Positions 26,768-39,000 of a stretch of 64,000 nucleotides of DNA are shown piece by piece. Source of the stretch: Lama guanicoe (taxonomy: Eukaryota); contig MU053881.1 of NCBI GenBank assembly GCA_013239625.1, positions 13,754,373 to 13,818,372 on the forward strand, given 5' to 3'. Under the pieces are notes generated by a model, which was given only the letters and a program-made list of their open reading frames with translations, did not search any database and was not told where the DNA came from. A program made the position numbers and the translations under genes. Numbering within the stretch: the stretch's first letter is position 1; every line of letters starts with the position of its first letter.

Positions 26768-26902
26768 TTTATTTTATTTTATTTTTTTTCGTGGAGTGGG
26801 TAATGAGGTTTATGTATTTATTTTTAAGGAGGTACTGGGGATTGAACCCAGGCCCTTGTGCATGCTAAGCACGTGCTCTACCACTGAGCTATACCTTCCC
26901 CC
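26768..26902 (-). mobile_element. vic-1-type camelid SINE
   Basis: Reverse complement GGGGGAAGGTATAGCTCAGTGGTAGAGCACGTGCTTAGCATGCACAAGGGCCTGGGTTCAATCCCCAGTACCTCC...A-rich tail. Imperfect TSD 'aatgttatt'/'aatgttgtt'. Confidence 0.9.
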
Positions 26903-27947
26903 TAAAATGTTGTTCTTAAAAGACGAGAATTGCCAAGTCCTAGATATTTCGATGTTTCCCTGAATTTATCTGGATAAGAGCAGAGAGCTGTTTAAACAAA
27001 TCAAATGAGTAACTGAAACACATCTTTCAAAGGATTTTGAAAATCTACTTTCTCTTTAAATATCATTGTCTTTTCTCGGTCTTCATTTAAAATGATTGTG
27101 AATTGTAAAAGCCATACTTCTCAACGTAGAAAATTATGTTGTTTTTTAAGTCTCAGAAGTAAAGGTTGACCTTTCACTCTAGCTAAGACAATATTGGGAG
27201 AGAAAGCACACCTCTCTTACCAACTGGGCAGCTGGACACCAGGAACCTGGCAAGTAGCCTGAAGTTTCCCAAGAGATCAAGGGAATTTCTGAGCGTGCCA
27301 GCTCATAAATGCCCCTGAAGTTGTGTCAGATTCCTGGCAGGGAAATATCAGGGTTCTTGGAACAGTGATGTAAGAATGGCCAAGGGTAGAGTTGACATTT
27401 CTCGTTCTCTGAGTGGACCAAGCCTGACCCAAAATGGAAGGGTTGTTTTGACACTAGTTTTCTCTCCGTGCTTAAAAACACCCTTGGATGGATCAAAGAT
27501 CCATTTGAGGTTGGCAACGATTCAGGAGGGGCTTGCCAACTCTGTATTTATTCACTCTTATTTCTCATTCCACTTGCCAGGAATTCGTTTGAACATTTAA
27601 AGAATCTCTGTAAGACAGAACTATTGATGCATACAAAATACAAAGAAGATTAATAAATAAAAACTTTTAAATGTTTTAGAATCTTTATCTAAAATTAAAT
27701 TACAGGAGAGGATCTTGCCAGTTTGAAGTGAGCGTCTCCTGCTCCAGCTTTGGCAGGTAATAAGGATGCTGGCTGCTGGCTCTGGCTCTCATTCCAGGAG
27801 CAGTATTGGAGCACTCGGGGTAGCCTCCCCGAGACCCCTGGTTTGGAGTGGGCCGGGAAAAGCAGATGCTCAGGGGGCTTCCCAGGCCCACACGGCATAC
27901 ACAGGGCCTGGTGAGCCCTCCTTCCTTCAGTCTCCCCTTCTCAGAGA

Positions 27948-28285
27948 TGTTCGTCGGGGTTTTCCAGAAAGACCGCCCCAATAGGATGTATGGAGAGAGA
28001 CAGAGAAATTTATTTTAAGAAATTTGCTCTTATAATTAAGAAGGCTGGCACATCCAAAATTTGCAGGGTAGGCCAGCAGGCTGGAGACTCAGGGAAGAGC
28101 TGAAGTTGCAATTCAAATGCAAAGGGCCTCAGGCTGGACATTAGGAAAGAACTGATGTTGTGGTTCAAGCCCAAAGGCCATCTGCTGGCAGAATTTCCTC
28201 TTGCTCTGGGAAGTCAGTCTTTTTTTTCCTATTCAGTCCTTCAGCTGATGGAGTGAGACCCACCCACAATGTGGAGAGCAATCTC
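27948..28285 (-). mobile_element. MLT2-like (ERVL) LTR fragment
   Basis: 'gggttttccagaaagaccgccccaataggat...atttattttaagaaatttgctc...gcagggtaggccagcaggctggagactcaggga...ctgctggcagaatttcctcttgc...gtccttcagctgatggagtgagacccacccaca'. Confidence 0.8.
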
Positions 28286-28319
28286 CTGGCCCCACACATG
28301 CTCTGCTGTTTACGTCTCC

Positions 28320-28486
28320 ATCCATAAAGTCATACTGTTGACTTACTTATTATGCTCTTTGCTGTCTGTCTCTCCTGCTTTAAGAGTACACAGTCTGGTG
28401 CCCCCTTTTTTTTCCACTGGTGTCTCCCAGTGTAGAAGAGTATACATAATAGTCTTTTGTAAATATTTATTGAATGAATAAATGAA
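28320..28486 (+). mobile_element. LINE-2 3' end
   Basis: 'ctgtctgtctctcc...cactggtgtctcccagtg...taaatatttattgaatgaataaatgaa', the L2 terminal (AATG)n-like tail. Confidence 0.65.
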
Positions 28487-29669
28487 CAACTTTAACAACC
28501 AAATACCTTTCCAAGCCATGAAGCCCAGTGTTGGGGAGCCTATTAAAAGAAGAGTTACCTTGACCACAGCCAAAGAGTCTAATTTAGTGAGTTTGAGGGC
28601 GGGACCAAGAAACCTATACTTTTCATAAGCAATCTAGGTCTTGTCACGGCTATCAGAGTTTTTGAACACTGCTGAGAAATTCGGAGGGTCATGATTTGAC
28701 CCTGAGAGTGTCAGTGTGCTTTTAAAGTTTCCCAGTTTCCCCATAGGGCTCTGGCTAAAGATTTTATTTTATCTATAAATCATCAGCTGATCCAAAGAGA
28801 ATTCTGGGCAGAGAGGGGAAAGAAAGGTTTTTGATCCATTGTCCTCCTGAAGAATAACAATAAAAGCTATACTTGGGAAATGTGCAGAGCTTAATGAGAA
28901 AAATAAGTGTGCATTTGCTAGAATAGAGACATTCCTAACTTCTCTCTGAAACTGGAGATTCTCCCACTATGAGGCCTTTTATACTGATACTTATCGACCC
29001 CATGCCTCACCTTTCCATGCATCACATTTATTTCTAACTCATGATTTTCTCTTCTCCTGACCTATTAGAAGAAAAGGGCTGATGATGAAAATGAGACTGT
29101 GATGTCTGATCTAGGGTATAAATAGAAAAGCCCAGAATTTAGGAAAGTGGATACAGCCCTTGATTTGCCATGTGATCTCAGGAACTGCTCTCTGAAGCTC
29201 AGTTTCCTCATCCATGAACAGAAGTAGTACTCTGGAATACTCTTTTGGTATGAATGGGAAAGCACTCTGTTAGGTATAAAGCACTGTGTGTGCTAAGGTA
29301 CTATTAATAGTATTGATAGTCCTCTTCAGTTTCTGTATCCACATTAATAATGGACATTTGATATATTTTCCTGTCCATATTTTCTTAGGGATGGTGGCTT
29401 CCCCAATACAGGGAGGATTAGACACAAGAATAGTTCTCTGTAGGTGCAGGCAATAAGGGAATGCATTGTCTGAAAAGAATTTTAAAACAATGATAAAACT
29501 GACTGAAATTTAGTCTGTTTTTTATCATCTCCATAAGCCCACAAAGCTAAACAAAAGTCAGAGATGAAATGCTGCCCCCGCCTCCGCCGGGTCAGACTCC
29601 TTCCACGGCCCCACCTCCACCTTGGGCTCCCTCCTCTGCCACACATAATCCTTGTGATCTACTAGGATT

Positions 29670-30075
29670 CGTGACCCTGCCGACTCCAGAGTGGATGCAG
29701 GACCCAGACCTGACCAGTTATTCTATTCTGTCCATCCTGGCCACAGTGATCTGCGGGAAGATAAATAAGTGACTAAGTCAGTCCAGTCAATGGCACACAA
29801 CCCGGGGACTTCCGTGGGCGGTGGGTAGGACACCTCTTTATTTCTGCAAGACTTGAGAATGGGACAGGACATAAGTGTGGCAACTTCTGACAGCTAACTC
29901 TGCCAGCTCAAGAAGGGTCTTCCTGGAAATTGAGCCAACACAAGTGAAAGCAGAGACAAGAAATGAGACAACCAAGATCATGTCTAGATGGTGTCATTAG
30001 ATCGTGTGGAGACACCTGTAGCTGCACTTTATAGAATCAGAAAGTCCCCTGCTGGTTTATAAAGCGTGAGGTGTC
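29670..30075 (+). mobile_element. Old MaLR LTR (MLT1-like), degraded
   Basis: 'ggacccagacctgaccag...catcctggccacagtgat...gtgactaagtcagtccagtca...gagccaacacaagtgaaagcagagac' motifs. Confidence 0.45.
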
Positions 30076-32094
30076 ACCCAGGCAATGAAGGAGCCTCAGT
30101 TGACCACCTACAAAATGAGAAAGAGGAAAGCACAGGAGATGATGGCTAGATGATTCAGACTCTCCTAACTCCACGAGTTTCTAGGCATGGCGCAGATATA
30201 TGCCCTCGTATGTGATGGAAATTTTGGAAACTGGTTCCAGATTTGAAACCAGAAGGACTTTGAAGCACCTGCCAAAACACAAATTAACCACCTAAAACAC
30301 TCTTCCTGTAACGCATTAAGACACTGGATTGATGCTATGGAAAAACCTAAGGTAATTAACATGACTTTGGCTTCCATGGCAGCTGGGTCTTTTTCTTTTT
30401 GCTTTTGCAACTACATTTTGATGTCAAAAGCACATGAAGCTTCTGTATTTACAGTTATTATGTTAATGCATTATAATTACAGATGTAATCTAAAAGAGAA
30501 CTTTGATTTTTCTTTTGTCTAAATGACACCTTTAATCACTTCTCAATAAGGCACGACTCCAATTAGAGATATCTGCAGAAAATCATAGCTAACAGCATCA
30601 TTTATTAGAATTCTAAATAGGACCTCTTTATTTCAGTGCCATCTCCCTTTCACCTGTTTTCCTAGAGAAGGGCATGGTTTCCTGCACATTAGGGCAGAGA
30701 GCAAAATTCTGTGACTGCAGCTGAGCATAGCAGATCCTGCACCAGAGAAACCACTAAGCCATTTTTTCCTCAAATGCAATGAATTGAACCAACTGCTCTA
30801 CCACCCACCAAACGCCAAATAGTATTAGAAAATGTGGAGGTGAACAAGTCTTCAAACCTGCCCCCGATAGATGGAAATGACCAGCAGCTTACAATGCAGC
30901 CAGTGCTCACAAATAATCTTTCCTGAAGGATGTAAGAAAATTTGTATTATTTCTAATTACTGCTGGATACATTTTTTTTTTTTTTGCTTTTCTTCTCTTA
31001 CTAGCAAATGACCAGAATGCAGCAGGCCTGTCTTTGTTAAGAAGCAAGCAGCCTTTATTGTTTTGCTACCAATGATTATTATGTACCTATTATAGGCGTA
31101 CAAATTTAGGACATGGAAATTCCCTTCTAGGGTTCCTGAATAATAGAGGAAGCTGGGGAAATACACTCAGGCTACTGAGAATTCTTTCAGAAGAAACTCA
31201 TATAAGCCCAGGAACTCTTTTGATCCTTGAGGGAAAAAAAGTTGCAAGGTTTACAGAGGTTGCCACCCTATAGAATAAAAGTTAGGTTCAGATCTCCTTT
31301 GTCAGTAGTACTGTTTTAGAAGCTGTATCTCTGATACCCCTCAAGAAAACCTCTGCATTTGTAGAGTATTTGAACTTTTGCAAATGCTCTCACAGAACCC
31401 AGTTCCCCTGGCACTTAATCCAGTCTGCCGTCATCAGAGTGTGTCCTTTCCAATATAATCTAACAGTTACAGGTTATAATCACCAAACTTTCATCGAGCC
31501 GTGGGCGTGGGGGATGGGACCATATCTAACAAGAATCAAGTTAATTCTTGGGTTGTTAGGCCAAGGTTTTCCAAATTGTTTGCCTGATGGTGAGGTCACT
31601 GGTCTCTAAATCACGAGGATGGCCCCGCTCCAGATCTACCAAAGCATGGTTTCTGTGATCGGGCCCCAAAGCAGCCCCAATGTTAACAAGCTCCCGGAAG
31701 CTATGCTGCTGCACGCTGTTCCCTAATGTGCTTAATTATTGACTCTCTTCCTTTTCGGGGAGGGCATTAGGATGGACTCATACTTTGATTTCAGCGTCTC
31801 ATAGATTTTGTTGTGGTATTAATGCAATGATCATTTAAACTCGTTTGTTAGTCTGAGGAGAGTTAGAGAAAGGAGAAAAATGATCTGAGAGACTCAGGAT
31901 GCAGACACAAATTAACTATTGATGATCCAGGAGGTTTGGAATGAAAAGTATTCCCCAGTCTCACCCAAAAAACCAGAGCATTCCTTATTTACGAGGGCCT
32001 TCACTTGGTAAGAGCTAGTCAACTGAAAGACAGCTTTGAACCAATGATAAAGAACACGGTGTCTCATGCATAAACAATGCGGTGTCCAGAGAGA

Positions 32095-32292
32095 CGGATG
32101 GATGGGCTTGAAGCCAGACAGGTCTGGGTATGAACCCCAGCTCCTGTCCTTATTAGCTTGTGAACTTGCTTGAACAGTTTAAACGTTCTCATATTCGGTT
32201 TCATTATCTACAAATTGAAGCTAATACTTATTCATCTTTATAAATTTGTAAGAATTTTTTAAAGTTCCTAGCATTTAGTAGATACTCAGTAA
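32095..32292 (+). mobile_element. MIR SINE
   Basis: 'gggcttgaagccagacaggtctgggtatgaaccccagctcc...ttattagcttgtgaactt...cggtttcattatctacaaattg...cctagcatttagtagatactcagtaa'. Confidence 0.75.
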
Positions 32293-35200
32293 GACCCAGG
32301 ATAGGAGATGATTAATCAAAAATGTAGACTGTGACCAGTGCCAAAGAGCGTGTCAGAACGTGGAGTCTTACAACTGGTATGGCTTTTTTTTTTTTTTATG
32401 GCTTTTACTTACTTAATATAGGACTATCTGAATGGTCTGTTTATGGTTTCATTGACCTGAAAGACTGAGAAACAAGAATAGACCTCAATTCTTTTTCCTC
32501 GTCTCAGATAATCTGATAAGAAACAGAAAATGCAAACTTTTAGCCTCCAGTCGTTTTAATTTTGTGTGTTACTAAAACTCCTTTTCCCCGGGGAAAATAA
32601 ATCAGTTAATCCAATAAAAAGGAAGCCACTGTTTCTAATGAATGGGCCCAAGGAGGGGATAAACCAGTAAGAGATAAGCCTCTGTCTCTGCTGTAACAGG
32701 TGCAGGAGAGGGCAGGGAAATACCTCGCTGTACATGACAGGAGTGGAAGAAAATACTCGCCGAAGATTGAGGCCTGGTTCTGGATGGAAGCCAACTCAAG
32801 TCCTTGACTTTGTGCCTTAGAAGAAGCACCTGAATGGGCCCAACGGGAGCCCCATTCCATGTGTCCAGGTGGGACTACCAGGCAAGGTCCCCATACCCCC
32901 CAGAGGGGGCTCTGTGAAGCAATCAGCCAGTCCTCCCACACTTGGTGATTTGTACCGGGTTTGGCATGTCTCCCACAGGCCACGTGGAGTCCTTTTGGAA
33001 AGACTTCTGTGTAATTTGAAGAGAGATCTGAGAGAGAGGGAGAGAAAGAGGTAGAAATTCCTGGTGACATTGTTTAGTGTCTGCGTACATAACTAGCTGT
33101 TAAAAGCCCAGGACTTTTCAGTTACATGAGGCAATCAATTCCTCTCCTGGGTTTGAGCTGACTTGACTTGGTCCATTCGGCGTCTAAATGCGTTGATCTG
33201 AGAGGGTCAGGCTGGCAGGCTGGTCCGGCTGAGCGGTCCGCTGTGTCCATCCACATCCCTTGATTCTGCCAGCTCACTCAGTGGTCTTCAGCAGTGGTTT
33301 GCTGTTTTTAAGCAGTTTAAGTAAATGCTCCAAGATGTGGTTTCTGCTGCTGCTATTGTTAGTGTTCTTGTGTTGATATGAAACAACGCATGTCATAACT
33401 CTGCTTTTTATCTCACTAATTCCGACCTGACCCTGGAAGATGCATACCTACAGGTGTGTGTATCCTCCTGACTCTGCAGCCTGGGTGAGCTTTAGCGCAT
33501 GCAGTCAGCTGGAAGGGCCGTCAACAAGGCTGGCTTTCTGAGAAGGAGCCTGCCAGGAATGCTGCTACAAGCATATTGTGTGAGCAGCTGGCCTCAGCAG
33601 CAGTGAGAATCCACCTAAAAAAAAAAAAAAAATTACGGAGAAACAAGCAACAGTTTGGGATGATGGGGGTCCCAAAGGCATAGCCTGAACATGTATCCCC
33701 ACTGCCTTTAGGATGAGATCCTCAAGAGAGAAGCCTCAACCCATTCATCCAGTGGGATGGAGTCAGGGATTTGCTGTAAAACTCCTCTGTAATTTGAATG
33801 GAAATTGTCTTATTCTCAACTCAGATGACGATTTGCTCTGTAGTTGGACCTCCTCCATTGAACAGGCTGTGCAATCTTCTTGGCTGCCAGGCCAAGAGGA
33901 GGGCTTCCAGATTCCTTCTTCCCTCCTGCTCCACCTCCTTCATTCCTGACTCTCTTCCGATCAGAAGTGACCTCCGAGGTCACTGGAATCTAGCCAGTAA
34001 TCTTCAGGGGGCCTTGGATTGCAAGACAGGGTGACAACAGAGAGAACAACATCTGAAATCAGACAAACCTGGCTTTCAATCTCTCTTTTCCTTCCTTCAT
34101 CATTTAAGGAGTATGCATTACACGTCAGACACTGCATTAAATACCAGAAATGCAGGGATGGATGAAAAACAAGTCTATGCTTTCTTGAAATACAGAGGAA
34201 CGTTTAATGAGTAAACACCTTAAATAGCTTCTCGCTGGGGCCAAGTCATTTCCCCTGCTTGGCCTCAGTTTCCTCATCTGTCATATGGATTGTAAAATGC
34301 CTACCTTTCATGACTGTTTTGATTACTAGCACTTTGTAATATAGTTTGAAATCAGGACATGTGATGCCTTCAGTTTTGTTCTTCTTTCTCAAGTTTGTTT
34401 TGGTAAAAACATATCCTTCTCCAGTTTAGGATGGACATAATCACTGCGGAAATGAAACCACCATACTAATGTCTTCTTCCAGTCCCTCAGAAATATTTTT
34501 ACAGGAGGGCATAGAGGAATCAAGTTTCTTTTCCCCATGCTACTTGAGCTATGAGGCATTGCTCCTCTGGTCATCTGTGGTACCCAGTTAACTTCATCGC
34601 ACGTTGGCATTGACTTCAGGAAGGTTGCAGATGTCATGAAGTTATTTCATGAAGGAACAGGCTGGTCTGTTCACTCCCTCAGACCTCAGAAAACTGTCTC
34701 AAAAGCCTAGAGAAGCCTGGGACAAGTTCCAGGTCAGATTAAGGATAAGCTGTCAATAAAAATTCTTGTCAAAAGCCTGAAAAATTTGATCTCATTTTAA
34801 CATTTTAATCCATTTTAATTGTGTCACCATCAGTGATGTTTTCAACTGTTTGTGCTATTTTGTGAAACTGTTGCATGTTTTTTTAAAAAGCTTTTTTTGA
34901 GATATAATTTAATACAATGAAATTCACCCGTTTGAAGTATACAGTATAGTAGACTTTTGCAAATTCCCAGAGTTGTTCAACAACCATCGCCGCTATCTGA
35001 TTTTAAAACATTTTTATCAATTCCCTCCTTAAAAAAAAAAAAATCCAGAAACAATAGCCTCCCCCCTTCATACCATTCCTCCATTTTGGTGCTGAGAATC
35101 TTTGGACTCTTTACCACCCCATCTGAGAATTGTCTGATTTTGCATGAGAAACCACAACCACCATTGATGTTTCTTCTCTTTATGTTTTAGGAACTATGGC

Positions 35201-35656
35201 TCCACCTGAATGTGTCTGTTCCAGTGCACACTGGTGAGACTGTGTATTCTCTTAGTAAGCAGTGGCTTTAACACTCTATCTCTTTATCCTGATTCAAGAA
35301 AATGAGCATTAGAGCCATAATCCAGCAAAGGCAGCCACACTGTGTGAAATGAATGCTTTCCTGGGGCCATGGTTGCTGGAGTTAAATGCTTAGGCTCTGT
35401 TTTGAGGTAGTTTCTCACGTTCTGACTTGCAGTGGTTGCCAGCGCCAAGGATGACGTCTGCTCTTCTCAAGTACTGATTTTAAAAGAAATTTTTAAGTCA
35501 GTTTAAGAATGTTATCCCCCCAAATTAATATCTTGACGAGGATCATGCTAGTGAAGGGAAACTCAAAGAATGGTCTTATTCAACTTTCTGTTTCCTAAAA
35601 GAGGAATTTTTAAGCTTAGTCTTTTGAAACAGACAAACTAAATGTAAGTACTGAAA

Positions 35657-36043
35657 ACTTTTTAAAAAAAATTTTCTATATGAATTGTAGTTGATTTACA
35701 ATGTTAGTTTCAGGTGTACAGCAAAGTAATTCAGTTACACGTGTACATTTTTTTTCTTTTAGATTCCTTTTCATTGTATGTTATTACAAGAAATTGAATA
35801 TAGTTCCCTGTGTTGTACAGTAGGTCCTTGTTGTTTATCTATTTTATATATAGTAATGTGTGTCTGTTAATCCTCGACCCCTAATTTTTCCCTCCTCACC
35901 CTTTCCCCTTTGCTAACCATAGTTCGTTTTCTATCTCCATGAGTCTGTTTTGGGTTTGTAAATATAATTTGTATCATTTTTTTAAGATTCCACATAGACG
36001 TGTTATCCTATGATATTTGTCTTTCTCCGTCTGACTTACTTCA
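35657..36043 (-). mobile_element. 5'-truncated L1 (3' UTR only) with perfect 13-bp TSD
   Basis: L1 3' UTR reverse complement ('gttgatttacaatgttagtttcaggtgtacagcaaag...tagattccacata...ctgacttacttca'). TSD 'gtaagtactgaaa' at 35644-35656 and 36044-36056. Confidence 0.9.
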
Positions 36044-39000
36044 GTAAGTACTGAAATCTTGAAACTTTGTAAAAGGTCTTTTCAACCAGTTCTCCAATTG
36101 TTTCATTTTTTCCCCTCCATTCTCACTGATTTATAAACTCGCTCTCCACTGTCTTATCCCAAGTTTCTTTGATGGCAAGTAAGAGAAACTCATTTAAACT
36201 AAATCACAAGTAAATAGCTTAGGGTTTGTTCTTGTTGTAAGAGTTCAGGGTTCTCTCTCCGAACCCAAAGGCAGGATATGCTTCATAACGAGCTAGAACG
36301 GGGGAAGCGGCCGGGAAGCAGCACAGCCACCCTCAGTCTCCTTCTCTGGACCTTTATAAACTCACTTTTCTGCTTCTCTTTCTCTGGTTCTGCCTCATTC
36401 TTCTCTCTCTTTTCCTCTCACTATCTGCTGCTCCGTGAACGTAATTTTAAAGGACTGCCCGCTCCCCATAGCTGCCAAGTCTAAATATCCTCTGAGTTCA
36501 AATACTAAAAGAATCTAACTAGTATCTTCGAATTCTAACTCCAAACGCCATCAAGGGAGAGAAAATGGTGGCCCAGCTTGGTCCGGTTTCCTCCGCTGGC
36601 CCAGACAGATTTGGTCAGAGGACCACTGTCAGCAGCTGTCAGAGAGAATGGGGTCAAGTTGTTCACCCAGCAGTTCACGCCCCATGATGGTTTCTCCTTC
36701 TTACCTTTCTTTTTCAGAATGGTAGCCCAAACTTTCTTTTTTTCCTCTAAACAATTTCAAAGACTCAGCCCTCTCAGTCCCAATCCCTGCAAGGACAAAA
36801 GGAGTCAGAGATTCTGCGAAAGAAAGCAGTGGGATGGGAAGGAGCCCCCAGCAACTTTGTGGGGGGATCATTCCAAGAGTCTTCGAATGGTGATGAGGTT
36901 CATGCACAGGGTAGTTGAAAGAGGTCTCCTAGCCCGTGGAGTTAAACTGATGGACAGAAATCCAGTTCCATCCGCTCCTGTAGCCTGGCAGTTCACAAAA
37001 AAGCCACACTCAGAGCAGTGTCCAAATAATGTGATACCATTTCACAGTTATGAGGCTTTCCTAAGTTACTGCACTTTGCTCAGTCCTGGCAAGAAGCCCA
37101 TGTCTTGGAGCAGAACTCAACTTTTGAACACTGTAAGGATTGTCTTATTTTAAATAATGGATTTGCCAATGAAGACAAAGGAATTTTATGACCCTTCAAG
37201 AATCATTCACTTATCTATTTTAAATGTTAAGGATTTAATGCTCTGGGTTGATTAAATCAAAGCCAGGGCAGGGATTTCTCTATTGTCAGAAGAAATAGTG
37301 AAACTACATTTTTGCCTTCTGAGCTTACTGGTTCCAATAACCCAAAGGGAACATTTTCAGCATACTAGAAGATCACAGCCGTGGACATTACCTGGGGGGG
37401 ATATGTGAGGCATGGAGGAAGCATATGCTGTACAGTAATATTTGTTATCCTAAATATCTTATTATGCCCCATAATGACATTAGATCTCTTCCCAATGGAC
37501 TAATTAGATCCAATTATACCTGAGTAATATTGGGAAAAGTCACTAACCTTTCCTTACTCTTTATTCTTGACTCTCAAAGGACATTTGACCCTAGAGAGGT
37601 ACTAAATGGAAAAAATGTTGAGTTTCTTTCAAGAAATGCTCTTGAGTCACCCAGAGTAGAGATGGAAGTCCTCTGTTCCTCACCCTGTACTTCCTTCTGG
37701 TAAAAAGTGTCTCATCGCAGCCTAGAAAAGCCAGCCTTCAGACACCTCTGACTCAGAGCCTCTATCTACAGCTGACTGAACACCTGAACTAACTTGAGTC
37801 CATCACATGCTCGCTCTTGGGAGTTGGAAATAGCAACACAGAGACGGGTGCCCTTCATCCAGGACAGCCAACACAGAAAGTCACGTAGACGTCAGGGGAT
37901 TCAGGTGCCTCAGAGGACAGATATGTGCACGTGGATAACGATGACTGGACAGAAAAGTTGTTTTTTTAGAGAAAATAATTAAAGCAGATGCCTAGAAGAT
38001 ACAAGTATTGAGGGAAAAAGGAAAAAGGGAGAGAGAATTCCTGGGTCCTTGGTGGCTGTCCTCATGAGGCATGGCTCTACGTACTAAGTGTTCTGAGATA
38101 CCCAAGACCCTGACACTATGCCTCACTGTAGTAAGTTAGAGTATATATAGTCTTTTACCGTGGTCTGTTTTCCTTTCTATTTTAATCGTTTGGAAAGTTC
38201 ACATTTTCATTCTCTTTATTCTTTTAGTTTCCCTTTAATTTCTTAAATAAATCCCTGTATTAAGTTAGCTCGAGTCAGCTTCTGGTTCCTGCTGTTGTTA
38301 GCTTGAGCATTTCCTACTTCTGCATCTTGGTTGAGATGCGTTTTATATTAACTAGAGATGCATTAGAACAAAAGGAGAACAGAGATGTATTACTGGCCAA
38401 ATCAAGCCCTATCATTTAAAACAACAGCACACAGGACTGGTGATCAGAGCCAAAGGGTTTTCACTGACGCTGCAAAATGTAACCTCCGTGCCACTCTACA
38501 TAAGCAAAACACATTTTGCAGATAAGAAAAAAGGAGCTCGGAAAGGTGAATAAAGCTCTCCAGAACTGCACGAATCACATGTGGCAGAAACACACCCAGA
38601 CCCAAGTCTTCTGACTTCCTCCCTCCCGCGCTTTCCATGGCACATTATCTCCAGGTAAAGAGAAATCCGATGACTCAGCTCCAGTTGGGCAAAAGGAGTT
38701 CCTGGTGTCTTATCAGCTGTAACTGTTCACCAATTACAGTTATCCTAATTGTTCGCAGCTGAACCCATCACTGGCCCATGCGGATTCCGGTGTTTACTTG
38801 CTCCCTCTCTGTTTCAGCCCTCATTTGTGAAATGCAGGCAAGATGGCGGTGAAGGTGAGAGATTGGTGAAAAGGACCCAGCGCAAAAAGTTTTACTCCCA
38901 TTACAGCATAGAACTGTTTTTTCCTGGTAAATGAAGCAAGGGGGAGGTGCATCCTTCTCTTCAACCCTTAAATGCCTTGAAGTAGCAGATTTTCCAGGAG

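Noticed and set aside
36578..37153. 191-aa ORF, the longest in the track
   Set aside because: Starts at TTG, has no recognisable domain or exon structure, and has non-coding-like composition.
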